Of a DNA stretch of 64,000 bases, positions 53,941 through 64,000 are shown piece after piece. Made by a program: the position numbers and the translations under genes. The stretch's first letter is position 1. Every line of letters begins with the position of its first letter. Below the pieces are notes generated by a model. The model ran no database searches. It was not told the origin of the DNA and saw only the letters and a program-made list of their open reading frames with translations. The stretch lies in the NCBI GenBank assembly GCA_964016885.1, contig OZ024741.1:113212001-113276000 (forward strand), given 5' to 3'. Source of the stretch: Eledone cirrhosa (lineage: Eukaryota).

Positions 53941-53995
53941 AAAAAGTATGACCCCGACGGCAGAGCTCAAGCCGTTTCGATGGCTATTTCTGGAT
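53607..53995 (-). mobile_element. Three short PLE-terminus fragments interleaved with (TA)n
   Basis: 53607-53700 matches 42478-42560; ~53790-53870 has GAAAC-ATT-GTA; 53938-53995 matches 3245-3295. Confidence 0.5.
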
Positions 53996-54874
53996 ATATA
54001 TATACATATAATTATATATATATATATACATATATATATATACATATACATATATATATATATATATATATAAGGTATAAACCTGACCATGGTGCCTAGC
54101 AGTTTTAACTTGTATTTGGCAATCTTGGAAAAATGAACATAAAATAATAGCTCTAAATAAACTCATGCATGATTTTAGGGAAATTTAAGAGATATTTTTA
54201 GCAATTCAAGTGACCACATAGAGGTATCATCATGTTCATTTGGCTTGTGTCTCTATATGTGATTGCACCTTGTGGCCTCTTCAAGAATAGTGCAAACTGT
54301 TACACCTACATTACATATATTAGATAAACATTTCAGTAATAAGTAAATGCATTACTTACACACTTTCCTGCCAATAGTTTTGTCATTTGATTTGATTCTT
54401 TTTTCCATTTCATTTCATCAATAATAATAGACATTTTTTTGGATTCGGCAAACAGCACTGCCTCTTGTTATGTATGCAGCATGTTGTAATATCTTATTTT
54501 TTCTGATTATTATCTATTGTCATTATTTTTTTAAGAAACCATGCTAGCATGGAAAAGTAAGATGATGACGATAATGATAATAACAACAAAGATACAGTTG
54601 ATTCCATTAATAAAGAGATGCATCAGTATCATCCTTATTTCCAAGCCATACCATTTTCACTTTGATTTTCATTATAATCAGTGTTTCTATAATAACTATC
54701 AATACCATTTACAGAGAAGTAAATAAATGTGTTTATTGTCTATTCTTTGTCATGATAGAATTTTACTTGCATTACCCCTATGCCAGGCCTTTCTTACCTG
54801 AATTGTTGGCTTTCAGGAATTCTTAATCAACAGCTTGCAACTTTCAAGAGAAACACAAACCATAGTAATATGTA

Positions 54875-55225
54875 CAAGGATTAGAAAGAAGTGAGGTTAG
54901 CATGCTATCTTAGATGTGTAATAATTGTGTGCAGCGAGGGCTAAAAAAAAAACGTGAACAGACTACCCTAGATGTATAATGTTTGAATGCAACAAGAGTT
55001 AAAAAGAATAGAGGTGAGTATACTATCCTGGATATGTAATATTAGTATACAATGAAGATTAAAAAGAAAAGAGCTGAGCAGACTAGACTAGATGCATCAT
55101 TTTAGTGTGCAGTAAGAGATAGAAAGAAGTGAGGCTAGTATGCTATCCTAGGTATGTAATGTTTGTGTGCAGTGAGGGTTAAAAAGAAATGAGGCTAGCA
55201 TACTACCATGGATGTGTAGTGTTAT
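54875..55225 (+). repeat. ~60-bp degenerate minisatellite (about 6 units) derived from RTE coding sequence
   Basis: Units AAAGAA.TGAGG.TAG.AT.CTA.C.T.GAT.TGTAAT correspond to the RTE ERNEA.M.RWMCN segment. Confidence 0.65.
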
Positions 55226-55540
55226 TGTGAATGTACATCAAAGCACAAATGAGTTGAAGAAAAAAATGTGTCTAAGAGGAATCAAATGTACTGTGAAAGA
55301 GAAAATATTACATTGGTTTGAATACATTGTTCATATGGATGTTGATCATTGAATGAAGAACTATCATGAATTCCAGCTTAAAGGAAGTTCTAGAAGTTTA
55401 ATACTTAGAAGACTAAAGAAAACCTGGACAGAAGTATTGAGAATTGCTCTGAGAATAAACAAGGCATTTATAGCAAAGCTGTGCTAGAGAAACTTATCCA
55501 ACTCATGCAAGCATGGAAAATTTGAAAATGATGATGATTG
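55226..55540 (+). mobile_element. Old RTE 3' fragment
   Basis: LRGIKC.V.E..L.WF.., ends CATGCAAGCATGGAAAA..(GAT)n. Confidence 0.6.
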
Positions 55541-56694
55541 TCATTCACTCTTTCATAAAACTGCAGCTTCTGATCATATCACTTAATGTTCTTATAATTC
55601 CATATGGCTATTTTGGCTGTTATTAATTTGTCGCCATTCTGTCATATAATTATGGGTAGTTTTCATTGAAATGATATCATGCAACAATGATATGAAAATA
55701 TCACATCAATTTCTTTAATGGAAATTCAGCTCTCCACTAACAGTTTTGTCTTCATGTAGCATTTTGAGGGTAAAACTCTTTTGCAGAACCCATCTTTATC
55801 TCTCTCTAGGATATTGTCTATTTCCAGATATTGCTGGTTTGTGGAATAAATAAAGTGACATTTCCCACCTGAAAAGCTCTATTTGAGAGTGGTTGCAATG
55901 AAGAATTGCTAATTGGTGACTCACAAACACAAGCTACATTGTGTTATGTTGTCATGCCAACTCATGTGTAATAGTGTACATCCATATAGTGATTCTCATA
56001 AAGTTAGTCTTGCTAGTATGGAAAAATCTATGCTTCCCTAAAGAGGACAACAATGAGGAAGCTTAAAACTACTGTCTCTATACATGATATATTTCTTCTC
56101 TTCTATCTATCATCCTATTCCATATTATATTCCCTGCAATCATGGGTGTTTCTATGTTTAGAAACTTGAAAAAATGCACAGCAATGAATCTTTCCCACTT
56201 TTTTCTATATTTAATGGTTTATATGACCACATTTTCTAACTGTTTTTCATAGTCATAAACCTGAGTCGTGTCAGTTTATTATAAGCCAACCTACTTTCAA
56301 ATTCAAAATTCACTTAATGCTTCGTAATATTGTTTCCTTGTTTCCTTGTTTACATCTACTGGCCAAAAAATAAGGCTTAATATTTAGAGTAAGTGGTCAG
56401 TTTTGTTTTGGTATAATGATAGTATAGTCGACTGGTATATGGCAGCTGTCTGTTTAAATCCTACAGATGACACTCTTCACTCCCCCCCCCCCCCAATAGT
56501 TTATATGCCCAAATTGCTTGACTATTTTTTATAGTCAAAACTTGCATTCTAGGAGCTTACTAAATGTGAACATACTTTCAAACTACTATGTCTACTATTT
56601 TGTTTAATTTTCTATCTATATTTCATAGTTTATTTTCTGTAAGCATGGGATAATATTCCAACCACCATTTCTCAAACTGGATGCCATGCCTAAT

Positions 56695-59600
56695 CAAGGG
56701 CGGATTGGGACTTAAAATCGGCCCTGGCAAATCCGAAGCAACCGGCCCTATAAATAAAATTAAATAAATGTTTTTTTTAAAAGAAAACAATTTACACAAA
56801 GCAGTTAAAAAGTCAAGTTTTTCTTAAGTAGGTCACTGTTTTCAGCGACTTTGTCAATAACATCCTGGCAATCCACCTGACTAAGCACATCTTTTTCTAC
56901 ACACATGAGCATGAGAGCATCCAAATGCTTTTCAGTTAGTGTACTTCTTAGACGGTTCTTCACAAACTTCAAAGTTGAGAAGGAACATTCACAGGCAACT
57001 TGCGTCATTGATAGAGTCAGCATCAATTTATAAGCTAATCCTATTAGTCCATATGCATCAGTCAAAAGGTTGTAAGCCTGCAGAGTCTGATAAACGCACA
57101 CTGCACAATTTTTACAATGCTTACAAACCGTTGAAACCACTTGCTCACTTTCATCTTCATCCTCATCTTGTCTGGCAGTGGCAGCGGCATATTCTTCAGG
57201 AAGTCCTTTGCGAAGGCTGCTCCAATTTTTTGCAAGATTAATCAGTTCAAGTTGTAAGTTCTCTTTCGTTGCACTCGGTTCAAAATGAAGAAGTAGGCTA
57301 CTTAATGTTTCCAATGCACCCTGAGGCAGACAGGTGGCTATATCACTGAAATTCAGTGGCGATAAACATGCCATATCTCTGTAAATTGAACCATTCGATT
57401 CAAATCTCGATTTCAAGCTTTGGACTACTTGATCTGTGATCTTATTATGTACAATCACAGTAAAATCTTCCATTGCGTCGGCTATAGGTTCATCTTTTCC
57501 ATTTTCTCCTGGCATTCTCTTTTTTCTTCTCACTCTTTTTTCTGGAAAGGAGTCTTGAGGTATCAAAACAGTTTCAATGCCATCAGCTTCACAACGTTCT
57601 TCCAGTTTTTTGGAAGTCCAGTCAATAAATTCTGACACAGCACGATGAACCCCTTCTACATCTCTCTGTATGTTTTGCACTTCAGTTATCGTGCTCATTA
57701 CAAACTGATGTGCTTTAAGAACATCCATGCCCCTAGCCTGGAGATACTTTGACAATGGTGTGGTCAATTCAAATATTCTAAGATACGTAAAAGCTGTCAT
57801 AACAGTTTCATACTTCAATAGTGAATCGTTGAGGGATCTGGCCTTTGCTCTTATATCTGGCTGGGCTTGTTCATTCTCTTCGATAGACAAAAGTGCTAGC
57901 ACTACGTCCACGTAAAGATTATTATCAGGGTTAGCGTTTGTGAAACAGCCAAATATTTTAGAAATAGCAGCATGTTTAGCCCACCACCTTGTTTCTCCGA
58001 TCATCTGAAGACGCTTCTTTCTGGGATTTTTGCTGATGTTCTCCCAAATATCCATGCGTTTGTACGATTCTCGGAAAAAAGACAGCAACTTGATTCATCA
58101 GTGAAAATAGTGATAACAAAGCCAGAATATTCTGAGTAGCATCATGTATGACCAAATTTAGTATATGTGTGTAGCACCGTGTATGAATCTGTCCAGGAGC
58201 TTCTTTCGTCAACCAAGCTGTAAAACCATTATATATGCCTTGCATGTTTGACGCTCCATCAATATTATTCTCCCCCAGTGACTTTTTCAGTAGTTCGCAC
58301 ATCCCTTTTCCGGTGGAATCTGAGGTGTTCACAACTGCGATTAGTCTTTCATAAATCTGATTTTCAAAGCTGTATCGAAGAATTATGGAGCATTGGTCTT
58401 TCACTGAAACATGTTGGGTTGTATCCAGTTGAACTGAAAACATGCCAGCTTGTCGAACATCATCAACAATAACACTTTTAATCAGGGAAGAAATGGCCAT
58501 AATGACAAGATTAACTGTTGTCTTTGAAATCAGAGTCAAAGAACTACCACGACCTTTACTGCCTGCGTCGTGCTTTCTTACTCTGTTTGATCACCTTTTC
58601 CAGATGATCTTTTAGGAGGATGTCATACTTACTGAGAAGCAAAACAAGTTCTAAGAAGGTGCCGTGATCAAGAATAGGATTATCTAACCCATATGATGAC
58701 TCAGATTCAGAAGATAATCCACGGTAGCTAAGACCCCGTTTTCCAATTACTTTAACAATGTCAACTACACGTTGCATTACTTCCCTGTTGTTCTGAATTT
58801 TTTCTTTACGCAGGCTTCTCTCTTTAGCAAATAATTGAGCCCCGACATCCTTCTCATTGACAGTGATAAAATAAGTTTCTGCACAGTCATTGTGGTACCT
58901 GCATTTTTCATGTTCCTCAATTCTCTGATGAACATGTCTCCAGTCTTTCATTCTATTTATGAAGGAACTGTGTTCAGTATCCTTGGAATAAGCTAAGCAC
59001 ACAGTGCAGAAAAGAGCCTCCTCTCTTTGCCGAACAGTGCCATTTTGTCGCACAAAGACATTAGCTTTTGTCTTTGAAATTTTTCTTGGCTGAACTGGAT
59101 GGTAAGTAAAAAACCGTTTCACTGGCAGTTTTTGGCACCGCAAAGTAATCCACAGTTGCAACCGAACGCTCATCAAGAGACTGTTCTCTTTCCTCACTCG
59201 CAGCAGTATTTTCAACTACGGATTGAGTATCATTCACACTAATTCCAACTTGAGTTTGAGTATTAATTACAGTGTCAGTAATTTGAGCTCCGAATTGGGT
59301 ATCGCTCACCATAATCTCAGCTCCAGTTTTGGTAGCACTGACAGCTCCAGGTTGGGTATTAGTATCACTCGTAATTCCAGCTACAGATTGGCTATCAATT
59401 TCTGACCCTGCAGCTCCGGTTTGTGCTTCACTCAAAAAAAACTTAGAAATTTTTGCTGAAGTTGCAGCCGCGCTTACCAAAGCTTTTCTTTTCTTCTCCC
59501 GCTCCTTTTCAGCGCCTCCTTTTTGTTTTTTCATATTCTGAAATGGAATACCTTTCACATTTACGCATTATGAAGTTAGTATTTCGGCCTACATACATTA

Positions 59601-59782
59601 TTGTCAAGACAAAAACTCAAGACTAAAAATCACGTTGATAGCCAGCGGCTGTGTTTATATTATATGAAAACAAGCGACAAGCAGACAGGCAGATGAGGGT
59701 AGTGAGAATAAAATCGATTAACAATAACAAGCCGACAGGCAGGCAAAGCTTGCTTCACTTCATCAATGACCTGACCAATGAC
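56695..59782 (-). mobile_element. hAT (Tip100/ZMYM1-like) DNA transposon 1; 5' end displaced by hAT 2
   Basis: TIR-like CAAGGGCGGATT at 56695; transposase remnant inside. Confidence 0.85.
56805..59558 (-). pseudogene. hAT transposase 1 (frameshifted)
   Basis: FC.VC zinc finger, GLSYRG, FSVQLDTT, DGASNMQG, CYTHILNL, ETRW, CECSFSTLKFVKNRLRSTL dimerisation motif; split over four ORFs. Confidence 0.88.
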
Positions 59783-60017
59783 CAGGGCCGGCGCAAGCTA
59801 TTATTTCACTATAGGCATAGACACAAATTTGCGCCCCTAATATTAAGTTTAAATAAAAATTTAATAAACCTGGTAATTAAAACGAAATTTATTTTTAAAA
59901 TTAAATATAAAGAAAAAACTAATTGAATTTAATGTGAACTTTGCGTGCTTTTAATTTTGAAAACAGATATAATATCTTACATGTTGAGTTGATGAGCTAT
60001 TTCATTTTCTATTGATA

Positions 60018-61741
60018 GAGGAAACTATAGAGGTATAAAGCTGATGGACCAGGTCATGAACAGAAAGAATTATAGCACAGTTGATTAGGGACCGGGTGAA
60101 ACTAGATGAGATGCAATTTGGGTTTGTACCAGGAAGAGACACCACTGATGCCCTCTTCCTTGTGAGGCAGATACAGGAAAAGTACCTAGCTAAAAGTAAG
60201 CCACTCTACCTGGCATTCGTCGATCTCGAGAAAGCCTTTGACAGAGTTCCACGTGCTGTAATCTGGTGGGCTCTTAGAAAACTAGGAGTAGATGAATGGC
60301 TTGTGAAAGCTGTACAAGCCATGTATAGGGGAGCAGTCAGCAAAGTTAGCAATGAGTATAGCGAGGAATTTAGCGTACAGGCTGGTGTCTACCAGGGCTC
60401 TGTTCTTAGCCCTCTCCTGTTCATCATAGTCCTGCAGGCAATAACGGAAAAGTTTAAGACCGGATGCCCATGGGAACTCCTGTATGCTGATGACCTCGCA
60501 CTTATAGCTGAATCTATGATAGAACTAGAGAATAAATTCCAAACTTGGAAGCAGGAACTAGAAAGAAAGGGTCTCAAAGTCAACATGACCAAGACTAAGG
60601 TCCTTGTAAGTAGACGAGAAAACAGAACCCAGATCCCCTCAGGGAAATGACCTTGCTCAGTATGTAGGAAAGGTGTAGGTAGGAACTCCATTCTCTGCCC
60701 CAAATGCAAACAATGAGTACACAAGAGATGTAGTGGGATCTCAGGAAACTTAATTAAGAATGTAGGCTTCACATGCAGCAGCTGTGATGAAACAGCAAGC
60801 AGCAAACAGCCACAGGAAACAAGTACCACCAATCTCTGGGAGGGCTCTGTAGAAACAGTAGACAGCTTCTGCTACCTAGGTGACTGAATTAGCAGCAGAG
60901 GTGGGTGTTCAGAAAGTACAATAACTAGGGAAGAATGGGATGGAAGAAGTTCAGGGAACTACTGCCACTGCTAGCTGCAAAAGGCTTCTCCCTCAAAATG
61001 AAAGGCAGACTGTATGATGCGTGTATCCGAACAGCAATGTTACATGGTAGTGAGACCTGGGCGCTGAAGGTGGAAGACTTACGTAGATTAGAGAGAAACG
61101 AAGCCTGCATGTTCCGATGGATGTGTAACAGTAATATACGCGAACGACAAAGCATAAATGAATTGAGAGAGAGACTGAGCATAAGAGGAATCAAATTCTG
61201 TGTGCAGGAGAGGCGGTTGCGCTGGTATGAACATGTGATGCGTATGAAGGATGACAGCTGCATAAAAAGGTTCAGAGCACTAGAAGTCAATGGGGAGTGG
61301 GGAGACCCAAGACCTGGGATGAGGTGATAAAAGCCGACCTTACCCAATTACACCTCTCAAAGGCGATGACACACGACCGTGACCTCTGGCGTCACGCAGT
61401 AATACAGAGTACCCGACCTCCCATGGGTACAAGCTGAAGCATATAGACAATATGCCCCTACACCCTCCCACTGCAAGGTGGTCGTGGAGGTGCCACGGCA
61501 AAAAAGCACCCATCCCACACTGTAAAGTGGACGTGTAGGCGCCACGAAAAAGCACCCAGCACTCACTGTAAATGAGGTTGGTGTTAGGAAGGGCATCCAG
61601 CTGTAGAAATCAAGCCAAATCCGTTCCTGTATGAGCAAGGCATGGTCAGCCGACCAGACACTGCCCACAACAGGACAACCCGTCTAACCCATGCTAGCGT
61701 GGAAGAACGGACGTAAAATGGTGATGATGATGATGATGATG
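60018..61741 (+). mobile_element. RTE-clade LINE, copy 3, 5'-truncated, intact 3' end with (GAT)n tail
   Basis: Same family as 3309-5762; target-site duplication ATTGATA at 60011-60017 and 61742-61748. Confidence 0.93.
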
Positions 61742-63900
61742 ATTGATATTAATGCCAGTCCTGTAAGTCTGGTTTGTACCATAGAGGATCGTAAATACGT
61801 CTTAATCAGCTTAAGCTTAGAGAAGCTGCGCTCAACACTGGCCACTGTTACTGGCAATGTTAACAGTATTTTCAAGAAAACCACTTTATTAGGCACACTA
61901 TCAACAAGTTTTTGCTCACAAATATACTGAAACAAAGCTTGTGGATTCACATTCTTTGGTATACGACGTGCAATGGCTTGGAATTCATTACATAGATCTA
62001 TTGCATCTATATCTTTTGATTCACCCGATTTCAATGCAGACTCAAGCTTCAAGCAATAACTCATTATATTTTCTGTTGTCTTATTTTGCAGTCCCTTCAA
62101 ATCATAAAGGAATCCAAAAAGTTCACTGATTAAATTCATCTGCTCAAATCTTTCTTTAATAGATTGAATTGTTGTGTCCAATATAGTAAAATAAAACTCT
62201 ATCTTGAACTTTTCCTTCGGATCCTGAATTGGTTCATCCATTCTTTCATATTGAAACCGTCTTTTTTTCTTCTAATTATTTGTTTTTCATTTTCGAATTC
62301 CGATGGAACTTCAAGTTCTCTTGCAATCTCTGAAGCATCAACCAAATTTCTTTGAAATGCTTCATCTGTTCTGCTATTTTCAAGAAATGATTTTGTTTGT
62401 TTTAACTGCTGAAGTGCAGCCTGAATATCAAAGTCTTTTTCTTGCAGTAATTTACTTGTTATATTAATTTCAAATAAAATATTGTACCAAACAAGGCAAG
62501 CAATAAATTTATAATTTGATATAACATTTACTAGGGCTTCAGCATCACATTGTGTTGTATTACCAGATGATCCAGTGAGATTAGTATTATCAGCTAGTTC
62601 AGTTAGTGCATCATACACAGGGCCAAGCTGGTAACGCAGAGGCTTCAATGCGTCAATACGACTCTCCCATCGTGTATCACTCAAACGTTTTACTGTTAGA
62701 GTTGGCACATGTTTCATCAAAACTTCCCAGTGATAGGTTGCGCTTGAAAAAAACACATAAATACGTTGCAATATATCAAAGAAACGAGTGGCCTCTAGAC
62801 ATTTTGCTGCATCATTCACAACTAAATTTAGTGAATGGCTACTGCAAGGAACAAAGAAGGCACCAGGATTAAGGTCTAGAATTCTTTTTTGAACTCCACT
62901 ATGTTTGCCTTTCATGTTGCTCCTGTTATCATAGCCTTGTCCACGTATATTTACCATAGGTAACCCGAGTTTTTCCAATTTTTGTAGAAGACATTCAGAC
63001 ATAAATGCACCAGTAGTTTCCTTCAGTTTAATAAATGTAAAAAAATGTTCACGAATCTTGACTTCATCCATTCGCATATCAATGAATCTTATTACCAATG
63101 TCATTTGTTCTGTGTGACTTACATCTGGAGTACAGTCCAGTATAATTGAAAAATATTTAGCTGATTGACAGGACTTTACTATTTCATGTATAATAGCATT
63201 TGACACTAGCTGTATCAGTTCTTTTTGCATTTATTTACCAAGGTAATGTATATGGGTTTCATTATCTCTAATTCTTCTCAAGTGTTCTTTCATTATTGGA
63301 TCAAACAGAGCAAGATATTCTACAAACTTAAGAAAGTTTCCATTTCCAGCAGTAAACAGTTTATCAACAGATCCTCTGAAGGCTAAATTTTGTCCACCAA
63401 GTGTCCGAACTAAAGCTAATAAACGTTCTAATATATGTCTCCAATATTGTTCTTCTTGTTTTATTAGACGAGCATTTTCCTCATCAATTGTTGCATTTCT
63501 GTTTAATCGCAAATCCAATTCTTTCCAGTTATTAAAGTTTTCAAAATGTTCAGTTGATTTTTCATGAGATGATAGTATAGCTGACATATTTTTCCAATCT
63601 GCAGATCCATGTATTGCAAGAGTTGATAGACTAGCTATTTTTTTTACTAAACAATTTACAGCAAAAGCAGAACACACAGTCTTGTAATACTGAATATTGT
63701 AACCAATTACGATTAATTTCTTCACCATTAATTAACTTTCTAGTATAATGAATGTTTGAAAGTTTTCTCCTATTCTTATCTTTAGGAAACTTTATATTTT
63801 TAACTTGTTCCGGTCCATGTTGAACTAGTAGCCTTCTAATATTATCATTACACTTTTTTTGCCAGGTGGCAGGATCACTGTAACTTAGATTTAAAACTTC
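61742..63900 (-). pseudogene. hAT transposase 2 (stop and frameshifts); last codons lie at ~59925-60017
   Basis: NLAFRG, GNFL, FSIILDCTPDVSH.EQ, GQGYDN, PCSSHSLNLV, TRWESR, ERSFSKLKLIKTYLRSSM; LALISI continues as ENEIA across the RTE. Confidence 0.88.
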
Positions 63901-64000
63901 ATTTTCGATTGATCCATCATCCTTACACTCTGTTTCTGAATGTTCATGTCTTTCATCAAAGATATCTTCATTTCCTGGCTGTATGATACTTACATCATAG

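Larger units (their letters stand above)
59783..64000 (-). mobile_element. hAT (ZMYM1-like) DNA transposon 2, runs beyond the window, interrupted by an RTE
   Basis: TIR CAGGGCCGGCGC at 59783; the transposase C-terminus is split by the RTE insertion. Confidence 0.85.

Noticed and set aside
56805-63728. Host ZMYM1/THAP12-like genes
   Set aside because: Frameshifts, stops and flanking TIRs indicate transposase pseudogenes.

Overview
AT-rich, microsatellite-dense eukaryotic DNA with no recognisable host protein-coding gene. The repeat repertoire ((TA)n tracts, RTE LINEs with partner CORE-SINEs, R4/Dong, Tx1, hAT) looks like a coleoid cephalopod such as Octopus, but that is inference. Almost all coding signal is transposon-derived: two full-length Tx1/L1-type LINEs (one in a (GATA)n tract, one in a (TAA)n tract), three R4/Dong fragments, three young RTE copies (two are a 2817-bp tandem duplication), a near-complete Penelope-like element (PLE, probably Hydra clade) with tandem pseudo-LTRs, several other PLE fragments, CR1, Rex3-like and mariner relics, and two nested hAT transposons. 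Two things stand out. (1) An ~11.5-kb (TAA)n landing pad (about 22980-34455) holds a head-to-tail array of a tRNA-SINE whose 3' end matches the 3' end of the co-inserted Tx1 element. (2) At least nine complete or near-complete type-I hammerhead ribozyme motifs plus several half-motifs lie in PLE termini, some with unusually long stem II. All structures were read by eye; boundaries of degenerate elements are approximate.
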